From positions 158,410,001-158,474,000 of the forward strand of contig NC_091978.1 in NCBI RefSeq assembly GCF_044704955.1: a stretch of 64,000 bases of DNA. The letters are read 5' to 3'. Positions 1-13,552 of the stretch are shown here, one piece after another (the first letter of the stretch is position 1; the number at the start of each line of letters is the position of its first letter). Under the pieces are notes generated by a model. It ran no database searches and was not told the DNA's origin. It saw only the letters and a list, made by a program, of their open reading frames with translations. The translations under genes and the position numbers were made by a program. The stretch is from Pristiophorus japonicus (lineage: Eukaryota).

Positions 1-1404
1 CTGTGATTTTTATTGGACTCCATACCATGGAGCATAGAATGTACTGTTCAATTATTAGCATTTGCCTTTTGAGAAAGTGAACTGTAGAACAGGAATAATT
101 GTGATGAATTGTATGAGTTTAAGGCACTGTGCATGCTATCAGACTGCAAACAGTAGTTAACAATTTAAAGCTCTGTAACCAGTCATAGCAAATTAACAAA
201 TCACTGTAATCATTCTTCAACAATGATAAATTATTTTGTTGGCAGTTTGGTACTATGGCTGTTTAAATATTTACTGGACGTACTTTAATCATTGAGGTAA
301 ATGGAGATGTTCATTTTCTTAAAATTCACATCTTTTAGCAACTTTATTTTGTTTATCAAGGTATGTGATCTTTGTTGAGGAAGGGGACTTCATCCACTTA
401 GCACACAAACAACAGTGAGCAAATTCTACTACAGCTCGGTTTAGTGGTATAGCTCCCTTTACTCATCTCCTCTTACAAGGCCAAGCCAGTTGGATATTAT
501 CTTCGCTCTTCATTTATCTAACTCCAACATGTGAATATCCCTAATGTTTTTGCCATTCCCAACCTACCTGCCTGACTCCTTATTCCAACCATTTTGAGTA
601 AAGACGTTTATTTTTCCTTCCCTAAATGTGTGGATTTTAAATTCAGAGCTTCCCCGCTATGCGAATTATGCCAGAGTGCTGAAACACAGTCTTGAGTTTG
701 GTGCTAGATTAGCTCCTGGAAGTCTTCCCCAATCCTTATGTTATTTGGATACATAATTCTGGGAGATTACCTTTGCATTTCCCCTCATCAGTGCAGGAGG
801 AAACATTTTGTGCCTTATATATTAGTTAAAGATGTTTTAGAGTTGGTCAGTCAAATGCAATCTAGTTTTAGTTCCTATCTTTCATCACTTGTACAAAGGA
901 TTAAAAGCTCAGCTTGTCAAAACTACGGTTCAAATTGAGAATAATTAGATATGGAAATGTAAGGAATGTGCCATGTCGTATTTTATTAAGATGCACAACC
1001 TAGTGAAGGTCCAGGGTCTTTGCTAACCACAAACACACAGGTAGATTATATTTCACTTCACGGGTGCCTCCCTCCTCACTCTTCCTCCCCCAACTTCCAT
1101 TAACATGGTATTGCCTTAAGGACAGGATGGCTCAATCAGAACCATGTAGTGGTCTATATTTTAAGAAGGTGACCAATTTTCTCTGCTCTACGCTTAACTA
1201 AACTATTTTTGTTGAACATTTCAATATTCTCACTTTCAAGAGGTTTGGCTGAGTTGTAGACTGGAGATGAACTGTTACCACCAGATTAGTGATAGTGGGG
1301 ACTTTTTTTTTAAACTCAGGAAGTCATTTAGCTTTCAGTACTGGGTTTATTGACTTAAAGCAACCCTCTATGAATATTTCGATATTTTAGGTTAGTAAAC
1401 CAAT

Positions 1405-2955
1405 TCATCATAGGCAGTTCCTCGAAATCGAGGAAGACTTGCTTCCACTCCAAAAGTGAGTTCTCAGGTGACTGAACAGTCCAATACGGGAATTACAGTC
1501 TCTGTCACAGGTGGGACACACAGTGGTTGGAGGAAAGGGTGGGTGAGCAGTATGGTTTGCCGCACGCTCCTTCCACTGCTTGCACTTGTTTTCTGCATGC
1601 TCTCGGCAACGAGATTCGATGTGCTCAGTGCCCTCCCGGATGCTCTTTCCCCCCCCCCCCACTGAGGCCGGTCTTTAGCCAGGGACTCCCAGGTGTCGGT
1701 GGGGATGTTGCACTTTATCAAAGGAGGCTTTGAGGGTGTCCTTGAAACGTTTCCTCTGCCCACCTTGGCCTCGCTTGCCATGTAGGAGTTCCGAGTGGAG
1801 CGCTTGCTTTGGGAGTCTTGTTTCGGGTATGCAAACAATGTGGCCCGCCCAACGGAGCTGGTCGAGTGTGGTCAATGCTTCGATGCTGGGCTTGATCGAG
1901 AACACTAATGTTGGTGCATCTGTCCTCCCAGGGGTTTTGCAGGATCTTGCGGAGACATCGTTGGTGGTATTTCTCCAGCAATTTGAAGTGTCTACTGTAT
2001 ATGGTCCACATCTCTGAGCCATACAGGAGGGAGAGTATCACTACAGCCCTGTAGACCATGAGCTTTGTGCCAGATTTGAGGGCTTGATCTTCGAACACTC
2101 TCTTCCTCAGGTGGCCGAAGGCTGTGCTGGCGCACTGGAGACGGTGTTGAACCTAGTCATCTATATCTGCCCTTGCTGATAATAGGCTCCAGAGATATGG
2201 AAAGTGGTCTACGTTGTCCAGGGCCGCGCCGTGGATCTTGATGACTGGGGGGGTCAGGTTGCTGGAGGATCTTTGTCTTAGGGATGTTTAGCATAAGGCA
2301 TATCCTTTTGTACGCCTCGGTGAAGATGTTGATGATGACGACTTGGAGTTCAGCCTCTAAGTGTGCGCAGACGCAAGCGTTGTCTGCGTATTGTAGCTCG
2401 ACGACAGAAGTCAGGACGGTCTTAGATCTGGCCTGGAGGTGACGAAGCTTGAACAGGTTCTATAGTTTAGTTCCACTTAAGTGGGGAGCTTATTGAGCGT
2501 GAGGTGGAGCATTGCAGCGAGGATGATCGAGAAAAGGGTTGACGCAATGATACAGCCCTGCTTGACCTCGGTCCAGATGTGGATTGGGTCTGTGATGGAT
2601 CCTTGGTCAGGATCACAGCTTGTATGTCGTCGTGAAGCAGGCAGAGGATGGCGACAAACTTTTGGGGGCAGTCGAAACGGAGGAGGACGCTCCATAGTCC
2701 CTCGCGGTTAAGTATCAAATGCCTTTGTAAGGTCAAACAAGGCCATGTACAAGGGTTGGTGCTGTTTCCTAAATGTCTCTTGCAGTTGTCGCGCCGTAAA
2801 GATCATGTCCATTGTACCCCATAGTAGACTGAATCCGCACTGTGACTCCGGGAGGAACTCCTCAGCCACAGGGAGAAGACAGTTGCGGAGGATTCTAGCG
2901 ATGACTTTCCCAGTGGCTGATAACAGGGAGATTCCGCTGTAGTTGCTGCAGTCTA
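1405..2955 (-). mobile_element. RTE-clade (BovB-like) LINE, 5'-truncated and frameshifted
   Basis: RT fragments (FDLTKAFDT, VKQGC), the C-terminus LPKQALHSEL...GGQRKRFKDTLK and CPTCDRDCNSRIGLFSH, and an (ATG)n tail at 1405-1411. Confidence 0.9.
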
Positions 2956-3569
2956 GGTTTGTAAACCAATTAGTGCTGAATTGGCAGCAATGTGATTTTG
3001 AAAAGGTTTTCTGGTACAGTAGTACAAAAACCCACTCAGGCAATACTGTGATATCACGGACAAAGAGCATCAGTGAAATCATAGCATAGCAGCTGTAGTA
3101 TGGAGGGTACTCTTGTTTAAAATGATTTAGCATTATGCTCCCATTGTTTATAAATATAGCTGCCACAGGATTTTGTGGAAAAATTTGAATGAAAATTTTG
3201 TGGAAGTAAACCGCAGACTTACTTAGTTCTTATTCCTAGAATCATTTTATTTACACTTAAACTTGTTCACAAGAAAATATTTACAGAATGCACCTTTTCA
3301 TTGATATGGGTGTTGGAACAGCTGCCAGATGATAGTGTTCTTATCACCCACCACCTGCTGTTATCATGGCATTGCCTTATGGCCCGACCAAAAGGGGCAA
3401 GGCTAGCATTTTTTCCCGATTAGCTCCTAGTCAAATATAGAGGGACTATGATTTATTTACTCTTCCTAACCCCTCTCCCCTTAGCTCAGATCCTGTCCCT
3501 TTAATAAAGGGAAATGATTTCTTAGCAAAACTCAGTGTAACATACCATGTTAGCAACAGATTGCAGCTA

Positions 3570-6500
3570 GCATAGAAACATAGAAAATAGGTGCAGGAGT
3601 AGGCCATCCGGCCCTTCGAGCCTGCACCACCATTCAATAAGATCATGGCTAATCATTCCTTCAGTACCCCGTTCCTGCTTTTTCTCCATACCCCTTGGTC
3701 CCTTTAGCTGCAAGGGCCATATCTAATTCCCTCTTGAATATATCCAATGAACCGGCATCAATAACTCTCTGCGGTAGGGAATTCCATCGGTTAACAACTC
3801 TGAGTGAAGAAGTTCCTCCTCATCTCAGTCCTAAATGGCTTACCCCTTATCCTAAGACTATGCCCCCTGGTTCTGGACTTCCCCAACATCGGGAACATTC
3901 TTCCCGCATCTAACCTGTCCAGTCCCATCAGAATTTTATGTGTTTCTATGAGATCCCCTCTCATCCTTCTAAACTCCAGTGAATACAGACCCAGTCGATC
4001 CAGTCTCTCATATGTCAGTCCTACCATCCCAGGAATTAGTCTGGTGAACCTCCGCTACACACCCTCAATAGCAAGAACGTCCTTCCTCAGATTAGGAGAC
4101 CAAAAGTGAATACAATATTGCAGGTGGGGCCTCACCAAGGCCCTGTACAACTGCAGTAAGATCTCCCTGCTCCTATACTCAAATCCCCTAGCTATGAAGA
4201 CCAACATACCATTTGCCGCCTTCACCACCTGCTGTACCTTCAATGACTGATGAATCATAACACCCAGGTCTCGCTGCACCTCCCCTTTTCCTTATCTGCC
4301 ACCATTCAGATAATATTCTGCCTTCGTGTTTTTGCCCCCAAAGTGGATAACCTCCGATTTATCCACATTATACTGCATCTGCCATGTATTTACCCACTCG
4401 CCTAACCTGTCCAAATCACCCTGCAGCCTCTTAGCGTCCTCCTCACAGCTCACACCACCACCCAGTTTAGTGTCATCTGCAAACTTGGAGATATTACACT
4501 CAATTCCATCATCTAAATCATTGATGTATATTGTAAAGAGCTGGGGTCCCAGCACTGAGCCCTGCGACACTCCACTAGTCACTGCCTGCCATTCTGAAAA
4601 GGACCTGTTAATTACGACTCTCTGCTTCCTGTCTGCCAACCAGTTCTCTATCCACGTCAGTGCATTACCCCCAATACCACGTGCTTTGATTTTGCACACC
4701 AATCTCGTGTGGGACCTTGTCAAAAGCCTTTTGAAAGTCCAAATACACCACATCCACTGGTTCTCCTCTGTCTACTCTACTAGTTACATCCTCAAAATAT
4801 TCCAGAAGATTTGTCAAGCATGATTTCCCTTTCATAAATCCATGCTGACTTGGACCAATCCCATCACTGCTTTCCAAATGTGCTGCAATTTCATCCTGAA
4901 TGATTGATTCCAACATTTTCCCCACCATTGATGTCAGGCTAACCGGTCTATAATTACCAGTTTTCTCTCTCCCTCCTTTTTTTAAAAAGTGGTGTTACAT
5001 TAGCAACCCTCCAGTCCATAGGAACTGATCCAGAGTCGATAGACTGTTGGAAAATTATCACCAATGCAGCCACTATTTCTAGGGCCACTTCCTTAAGTAC
5101 TCTGGGATGTAGACTATCAGGCCCTGGGCATTTATCGGCCTTCAATCCTGTCAATTTCCCGAACACAATTTCCGCAATAAGAAGGATATCCTTCAGTTCC
5201 TCCTTCTCACTAGACCTTCGGACCCCTAGTACATCGGGAAGGTTATTTGTGTCTTCCTTTGTGAAAACAGAACCAAAGTACTTGTTCAATTGGTCTGTCA
5301 TTTCTTTGCTCCCCATTATAAATTCACCCGAATCCAACTGCAAGGGACCAACATTTGTCTTCACTAATCTTTTTCTCTTCACATATCTATAGAAGCTATT
5401 GCAGTCATTTTTTATGTTTCCGGCAAGCTTCCTCGTACTCTATTTTCCCCTTCTTAATTAAACTCTTTGTCCTCCTCTGCTGTCTCCCAGTCCTCCGGCT
5501 TGCTACTTTTTCTGGCTAATTTGTATGCCTCTTCCTTGGATTTAACACTATCCTTAATTTCCCTTGTTAGCCACAGTTGAGCCACCTTCCCCGTTTTATT
5601 TTTACTACAGACAGGGATGTACAATTGCTGAAGTTCATCCATGTGATCTTTAAAGGTTTGCCATTGCCTATCCACCGTCAACCCTTTAAGTATCATCCAA
5701 TTCGTGCCTCATACTATCAAAGTTACCTTTCCTTAAGTTCAGGACCCTAGTTTCTGAATTAACTTTGTCACTCTCCATCTTAATAAAGAATTCTACCATA
5801 TTATGGTCACTCTTCCCCAAGGGTTCTCACACAACAAGATTGCTAATTAGTCCCTTCTCATTACACATCACCCAGTCTAGGATGGCCAGCTCTCTGGTTG
5901 GTTCCTCGATTTATTGGTCTAGAAAACCATCCCTAATACACTCCAGGAAATCCTCCTCCACGGCATTGCTACCAGTTAGGTTAGCCCAATCAATATGTAG
6001 ATTAAAGTCACGCATGCTTACTGCTGTACCTTTATTGCACACATCCCTTATTTCTTGTTTGATGCTGTCCCCAACCTCACTACTACTATTTGGTGGCATG
6101 TACACAACTCCCACTAGTGTTTTCTGCCCTTTGGTATTCCGTAGCTCCATCCATACCGATTCCACATCATCCAAGCTAATGTCCTTCCTTACAATTGCAT
6201 TAATTTCCTCTTTAACCAGCAACGCCACCCTGCCTCCTTTTCCTTTCTGTCTATCCTTCCTAAATGCTGAATACCCCTGGATGTTGAGTTCCCAGCCTTG
6301 GTCACCCTGGAGCCATGTCTCTGTGATGCCAATCACATCATGCCCGTTAACTGCTATCTGTGCAGTTAGTTCGACCACCTTATTCCGAATACTCTTCGCA
6401 TTGAGGCACAGAGACTTCAGGCTTCTCTTTTTAACACACTTTGACCCTTTAGAATTCTGCTGTAAAGTGGCCCTTTTTGTTTTTTGCCTTGGATTTCTCT

Positions 6501-7420
6501 GCCCTCCACTTTTACTATTCTCCTTTCTATCTTTTGTTTCTGTCTCCATTTTATTCCCCTGTCTCCCTGTATAGGTTCCCATCCCCCTGCCATATTAGTT
6601 TAACTCCTCCCAAACAGCACTAGCAAACACTCCCCTGGGACATTGGTTCCAGTCCTGCCAGCTGCAGACCATCCGGTTTGTACTGGTCCCACCTCCCCCA
6701 GAACCAGTTCCAATGTCCCAGGAATTTGAATCCCTCCCTACTGCACCACTGCTCAAGCCACGTATTCATCTGAGCTATCCTGCAATTTCTACTCTGTCTA
6801 GCATGTGGCACTGGTAGCAATCCTGAGATTACTACTTTTGAGGTCCTGCTTTTTAAATTTAACTCCTAGTTCCCTAAATTCATCTCGTAGGACCTCATCC
6901 CGTTTTTTACCTATATCGTTGGTACCTATATGCACCACGACAACTGGCTGTTCACCCTCCCTTTTCAGAATGTCCTGCACCCACTCCGAGACATCCTTGA
7001 CCCTTGCACCAGGGAGGCAACATACCATCCTGGAGTCACGGTTACGGCCGCAGAAACGCCCATCTATTCCCCTTACAATCGAATCCCCTATCACTATTGC
7101 TCTCCCACTCTTTTTTCTGCCCTCCTGTGCAGCAGAGCCAGCCACGGTGCCATGAACTTGGCTGCTGCTGCTCCCCCCTGATGAGTCATCCCCCTCAACA
7201 GTACCCAAAGCGGTGTATCCGTTTTGCAAGGGGATGACCGCAGGAGACCCCTGCACTACCTTCCTTGCACTGCTCTTCCTGTTGGTCTTCCATTCCTTAT
7301 CTGGCTGTGGACCCTTTACCTGCGGTAAGACCAACTCACTAAATGTGCTATTCACATCATTCTCAGCATCGTGGATGCTCCACAATAAATCCACCCACAG
7401 CTCCAGTTCTGCAACACGCC
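3570..7420 (-). mobile_element. Near full-length CR1 LINE (ORF1 SGNH-esterase-like; ORF2 APE + RT), degenerate
   Basis: ORF1 motifs IVIGDSIVRG and VVVHIGTND. APE motifs CLNAKSIRNK and IGITETW. RT motifs YLDFQKAFD, SQGSVLGP and FADD. (TTTCTATG)n tail at 3570-3590. Confidence 0.92.
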
Positions 7421-7464
7421 ATATAGTAAACAGTATTTTGTATAAGGTAATGGATTGACAAAAA

Positions 7465-7860
7465 AAGTACATTTATATAGCACCTTTTACAACCACTGGA
7501 CATCTCAAAGCACTTTGCAGCCAATTAAGTACTTGAAGTGTAGTCACTATTGCAACGTAGGAAATGTGGCAGCCAATTTGCACACAGCAAGCTCCCACAA
7601 ACAGCAATGTGATAATGACAAGCTAATCTGCTAATGTTTTGATTGAAGGATCAGGATAACTCTCCTGCTGCTCTTCGACATGGTGCCATGGAATCTTTTA
7701 TCTCCACTTGAGAGCAGACAGGGCCTTGGTTTAATGTCTTATCTGACAGTGCAGCACTGCACTGGAGTTTCAGCCTAGATTTTTATGCTCAAATCTCTGG
7801 AGTGGGCCTTGAACCCACAACCTTCTTACTCAGGCATGTGTGCTACCCACTGAGCCACAA
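7465..7860 (-). mobile_element. tRNA-derived SINE with Deu-like core and L2-type tail (SacSINE1-like)
   Basis: A/B-box head TGTGGCTCAGTGG...GGTTCAAGGCC, core ATTATCACATTGCTGTTTGTGGGAGCTTGCTG, and a 3' end resembling the L2 end at ~52920-52970. Confidence 0.7.
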
Positions 7861-8169
7861 CTAAGAATAGAAATATTTAAATTAGGAAAACTTAGGTGCT
7901 TGAAAGATTAAAATGCAGATCGTCTAACAGAATCTGCAACTGGAAGTGAATTAAAAAAGTACCAAGAAATGGTTTCAAAACTAAAACCCATTAGCCTATA
8001 ATTTCCTCAACTATAGTATTGCTTCAAAAAAAGGGTCTAGTAACTTGGGTCACTTGCACTAGATTAGATGGCATTCAATTGAAGCAAGATGACCCACCTG
8101 AAAATTGTCACCTTGAACTTGCTTTAAATCCATTCAACAAAACACTGGCAACATCTGGGTCATGTATTT

Positions 8170-11100
8170 TACATACGATCTACAACACAGAAACAGGCCA
8201 TTCGGCCCAACCAGTCTATGCTGACGTTTATGCTCCACTCGAGCCTCCTCCAGTCTTTCCTCATCTAAATCTATCAGCATAACCCATCCCTTCTCCCTCA
8301 GATGCTTGTCTAGCGTCCCCTTAAATGCATCTACACTATTTGCTTCAACTACTCCCTGTCCAAATGAGTTCACTCAAATGAGTTCCACTTTCTTACCACT
8401 CTTTAGGGAATTCAGAAGAAACTTCTTTACCCAATGGATTTCTTGGTGACGATCTTATATCGATGGCCTCTAGTTATGCTCTTCACCACAAGTGGAAACA
8501 TTCTCTCTGTATCCACTCTATCAAAACCTGTCATCATTTTAAAGACTTCTCTTTGGTCACTCCAGTCTTTTTGAGAAAAAAAAAGAGACCCAGCCTGTTC
8601 ATCCTTTCCTGATATGTATACCCTCATTTCTGGAACCGTCCTTGTAAATCTTCTCTGCACCCTCTCCAGTGATTCTATATCCTTTTTATAATTATGGCAA
8701 CCAGAACTGTATGCAGTTCTCTAGTGTTGTCTAACCAAGGTTCGATACTGGTTTAGCATAACTTCCCTACTTTTCAATTGTATACCTCTAGAAATAAGCC
8801 CTAGTGCTTGGTTTGCTTTTTTTTTTAAATAAATGGCCTTGCTAACCTGTATCGCAACTTTGTGATTTGTACTCTGATCCCTTTGTTCCTCTACCCATCC
8901 TAGACTCGTACCCTCCAAGTAACCTCCCTATTCTTTCTACCAAAATGTATTACCTCACATTTATCTGTGTTGAACTTCATTTGCCAACTATATGCCCATT
9001 CTGCAAGTTAATTAATGTCCTTCTGTAATTTGTTGCAGTCCTCCTTAGTATCAACTCTCTCCCTCCCCCCCAAATTTGGTGTCATCTGTAAATTTAGAAA
9101 TTGTGTTTTTGATTCAAATGTAAATCATTTATATAAATTGTGAACAGTGGTCCCAGCACTGATCCTCGTGGAACATCACTACTCCCCTTATGCCACTGAA
9201 CAGCTACCTTTTACCCCTACTCTCTGCTTTGTCTTACAGCCAGCTAGCGATCCATTCTGCTACTTGTTCCCCGACTCTGCATTCTCTGACCTTGTTCATA
9301 GTTATAGGGTACCTTATTGAAGGCCTTTTGAAAATCTAGTTAAATTACATCATCTGCATTACCATTGTCTACGTGCTTACCTCAAAATGAGGTGGTCAAG
9401 CAAGACTTCTGAAATCTATGCTGACTATTCATTATATTTTTGGTTTCAAGATGTTTTTCTATCTTCTTCAGTAGGGATTCCATTATTTGTCCTATCATCG
9501 ATGTTAAGCTGACTGGTCTATAATTCCCTGGACATGTTCTAACCCCCAGTCCTCCGGTACTACACCTTTTTCTGATTAATTATTAAATGTGTAGTAATGT
9601 CTCTGCTATCTCTTCCCTAAATTACACAAGAAATAGGAGCAGTAGGTGGTCATACGGCCCTCGAGCTTGCTCCGCCATTTAATACAATCATAGCTGATCT
9701 GATCATGGACTTGGGTCCACTTCCCTGCCCACTCTCCATAACCCCTTATTGTTTGAATAAATTTAAAGAGAGTGTTTCTTAATGTTCCAGCTTCCACAGC
9801 ACAGACAGCAAATTCCACAGATTTACAACCTTCAAGAAATTTCTACTCATCTCAGAATAAGGGGCTGCCCATTTAAAACTAGTCTCCCCCATCAGTGGAA
9901 ACATCCTCTCTGCATCCATCTTGTCAAGCCCCCTCAACCTTATAAGTTTTGATAAGATTACCTCTCCTGAATTCCAATGAGTAGAGGCCCAACCTACTTG
10001 ACCTTTCCTCAAGTCAACCCACTCATCTCCAGAATCAACCTCATGAACCTTCTCTGAACTGCCTCCAAAGCAAGTATATCCTTTCATAAATATGGAAACC
10101 AAAACTGCACACAGTATTCCAGGTGTGGCCTCACCAATACCCAGTATAACTGTAGCAAGACTTCCCTGCTTTTATACTCCATCCCCTTTGCAATAAAGGC
10201 CAACATTCCATTGGCCTTCCTGATCACTTGCTGTACCTGCATACTAACCTTGTGTTTCTCATGCACAAGTACCCCTAGGTCCTGCAGCACTTTGCAATCT
10301 TTCTCCATTTAAATAATAACTTGCTCTTTGATTTTTTTTTTCTGCCAAAGTGCATGAGCTCACACTTTCCAACATTATATTCCAACTGCCAAATCCTTGC
10401 CCACTCACAGCCTGTCTATGTCCTTTTGCAGATTGTGGCCTTCTCACATTGCTTTTCCTCCCATTTTTGTATAGTCAGCAAACTTGGCTATGTTACACTC
10501 AGTCCCTTCTTCCAAGTCATTTATATAGATTGTAAATAGTTGAGGTCCCAGCACCGATCCCTGCGGCACCACACTGGTTACTGATTGCCAACCCAAGAAT
10601 GAACCATTTATCCCTACTCAGTTTGTTAGCCAATCTTCTATCCATACTATTACCCCCAATCCCATGAACTTGTGCAGTAACCTTTTATGTGGCACCTTGT
10701 CAAATGCCCACTGGTTCCCCTTTATTCACCTTGTTCGTTACATCCTTAAAGAATTCTAGCAAATTTGTCAAACATTACTTCCTCTTCATAATTCCATGTT
10801 GACTGTCTGACCAAATTTTGCTTTTCCAAATGTCCTGCTACTGCTTCTTTAATAATGGACTTCAACATCTTCCCAAATCACAGATGTTAAGCTAATTGGG
10901 CTATAGTTTCCTACTTTTTGTCTGCCTCTCTTTAAAATAGGGGTATTACATTTGCAGTTTTCCAATCTGCTGGGACCTCCCCAGAATCCAGGGAATTTTG
11001 GTAAATCTTTTGCAATGCATGGATGCAATCCATCCAGACCAGGGGTTTTATTGAGAGTTTGATTAGTTTAATATATCCCTCTATTTTAAATGCACTTATC

Positions 11101-12110
11101 TTGTTACTAATCATCATCCAATGTCATGTCCACCTGTTCTATTTCCTTGGTAAATACTAAAGGAAAATTAATATTTCTGCCATCTCTATAATTACCAGTG
11201 GTATTATCCTGTCCATCCCTTAATGGCCCTATTCCCATCCCAACTTTAAAAAATACATTGATGTGCCTGTTAAAACAATTGTTTTATGTTCCGAGATCAT
11301 TTAATTTGCGTTCCGCTTTGCCTTACTAATTGTTTGATTTCTAATCCTTTCATATTCTCCTTTATCATGCACTCCCCTGCTGTTTATGTACTTAATGTAT
11401 ACTTCTTTCCTTACCCTCAATTGTTCCCCTTATGGCTTTATTCATCTGTGGAGTCTGTGTTTAGTTTGTTTATTCCTTTCAGCAGAATATATTGTTCTTG
11501 CACTCTGTTGAACACAGTTTTAAAATATTTCCCATTGCAGTTCTACAGCATTTTCCCAAGTTCTATTCTCAGCCCTTCAAAAAATCAGCTTTTCTCCAAT
11601 CTATTACCCTGGTTATCATACTTACATCCTTCACAATCAAAGCGTATTATATTATGGTCACTGTTGCCTAGATGTTCCCCAACTTTTACTTCTCATCTGC
11701 TCTGGTTCATTGCCCCTTACTAGATCCAATAGTGAATCATCACTTATTGGGCTTTTTACATATTGGGGTAGGAAGGAGTCCTGTACACATTGCAGGAACT
11801 CATTCTCTTTACCTACTTGTTAAGTCCAATTGATATTGGGGTAGTTGAAACCCATGATTATATTTTTAATAGAACACTCATTTCCCCAATTTATCTACAC
11901 ATTTCTTCCTCTACCTCCCTTCCACTATTAGATGGTCTGTAGACTACACCCAACACATTAATCCTTTATCTCTATATGGATTCTATTTTTGTCTTGCTGA
12001 TAACGGAGTCACTTTTCTACGGCCATTATCTCCACGTACAGCTACTCCACCTCCCCTCTATCTTTTGTAAATACATTATGCCCTGCAATGTTTAATTTCC
12101 AGTAGCCACA
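8170..12110 (-). mobile_element. Old CR1 remnant interrupted by a younger CR1 3' portion (~9620-11040)
   Basis: Degenerate CR1 RT C-terminal peptides (REVMLNQYRTLVRQH; REVLLQLYWVLVRPHLEYCVQFW) and decayed APE-region sequence. Boundaries approximate. Confidence 0.75.
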
Positions 12111-12960
12111 TTTTAGTAATGCTTCACACAAGGGTTCATAGTCAGATAGTGGCCATGTACAATGAAGCCAAATTCAGTCACATCTTCTGCCATATACCCT
12201 GCACTTTGGAACTATAACTATTCATGCCCAATGCATTCAAGTCACCTACACAAAGCTGGACTGATGAAACCGTGGTTCATCTACCCATATGTTACTCTGC
12301 CAGTGCTTTCACATATGGAATGGACTACTGCTAAGGAATCTTATTTTCCTATTTGAGGAGGCTGAACAAGTGTTTAGTAGCAGCAAAAAAGTACAACAGA
12401 ATGCAAGGTTTTCAATAGTGTGTAAACTCCGGATTTTACTGCTACCCAAATTTAATGATCTCCAGCTGGTGATCTTTCAAAGTGAAAGAGGATTGGCTAT
12501 TGGAAAATATTAAAGTTTAGAGGGTGGACTCACTTTCCCCTGCAACTTAAACCATTGGTTGGCCCACAGATCAACTTTCTACCTCCTAAAGCTGGGACAG
12601 TGGCAAATTGAACATATTCCTTTAGATGAACCAACAGACACCCAGCGAACAGGAGGAACCCCACTAGGGTTTGACTGCTTCATAGTTCTGACGCCCATTA
12701 AGTTCCAAATTTAAGTTTCTGAACCTGTCGAAGGTTAGAGTTTTACTACCGGTGATTATAGTTCCCGTCTTGACTATGGATGCAATTTGAGTAGTCAAAG
12801 TCGCAGATGTTAACAGAAACTAGAACATTTCCACCAAATGCTCAACCCAAGGCTGTTCAATAATTCGTTGCATTTTAATCTAGACACTGCAAACGGATCT
12901 ATAGGTAATGCCCGATTTCAAGTGACGGCAAGAGACAGTTGACGTGCTTTTTTAACATAC

Positions 12961-12966
12961 TTTATT
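12961..12966 (-). terminator. Probable ZAR1 polyadenylation signal AATAAA
   Basis: AATAAA on the minus strand about 110 nt after the stop codon, preceded by a U-rich tract. Confidence 0.65.
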
Positions 12967-13076
12967 TTCTTCAGCTTTGTTCGATCGTTTAAAGAAACCA
13001 AAAAAGACAAAATAAAGTAGCTTCCTGCGTTCCATTAACTTTTGAGTCCTAGCAGGAATCAACGCTACAATGCAAA

Positions 13077-13220
13077 TCAAATGATGTATTTGAAGCTGAA
13101 AGTGCTGTCACAGGAGAGCCGTTTGCCTTTGCATCTCCCACACAGATCCTGGCGATGTGGTCTTTTTGGGTCAACGTGGCGCATTTTGATGGGACATGTA
13201 CATCTCGTCTGTTTGCAGGT
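13077..13220 (-). CDS. ZAR1: ZAR1 exon 4 (144 nt, TCKQTRCTCPIKMRHVDPKRPHRQDLCGRCKGKRLSCDSTFSFKYII*)
   Basis: Acceptor catcag, the conserved Zar1 C-terminus FSFKYII, TGA at 13077-13079. The spliced CDS is 1050 nt (349 aa) with no lesions. Confidence 0.95.
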   Translation of the reverse strand, partial: TCKQTRCTCPIKMRHVDPKRPHRQDLCGRCKGKRLSCDSTFSFKYII

Positions 13221-13310
13221 CTGATGGGCAGGAAAAAACAAGGCTCACTGTACGGATGCTGGATACTCCTCAAACTTCTACACAGGTTGTGTGCTTCCTG
13301 CGCTACTTAC

Positions 13311-13385
13311 TTGACAGGTGATGTCCTCGACACGGTAAGGGTTATAGGCCTTCTCGCAGGTTCTGCAAAACTGCTTAAAGTAGAC
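13311..13385 (-). CDS. ZAR1: ZAR1 exon 3 (75 nt, VYFKQFCRTCEKAYNPYRVEDITCQ)
   Basis: Acceptor gacag, donor CAA|GTAAGT. Conserved Zar1 zinc-finger sequence. Confidence 0.95.
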
Positions 13386-13459
13386 CTGTCGGACGAGGAG
13401 ATTCGTGATGCAGACGATTCTCATGAGATTACATATAAAAATATTATTTTTACACTTGC

Positions 13460-13552
13460 CTTGTTCGTGCCTTGTACACACCAAACGTAAGCACTCTCCC
13501 AGCGAGCATTACAATCTTTGCAATGGAAGTATCCGTACTTCTGCTCCAGGAA
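13460..13552 (-). CDS. ZAR1: ZAR1 exon 2 (93 nt, FLEQKYGYFHCKDCNARWESAYVWCVQGTNK)
   Basis: Acceptor ctttag. Start of the 3CxxC zinc-binding domain. The donor is AAG|GCAAGT (GC donor). Confidence 0.95.

Noticed and set aside
3570-3660. Recurrent ATAGAAAC repeats with a conserved adjoining sequence, superficially like a CRISPR or ncRNA array
   Set aside because: These are dispersed CR1 3' tails in a eukaryotic genome, with no repeat-spacer structure.
5765-6574. Long plus-strand hydrophobic ORFs over CR1/RTE elements (also 4326-4823, 46394-47080 and others)
   Set aside because: Antisense shadows of retroelement ORFs, with no independent evidence.
7790-7860. tRNA-like A/B boxes
   Set aside because: This is the head of a SINE, not a complete cloverleaf tRNA gene.
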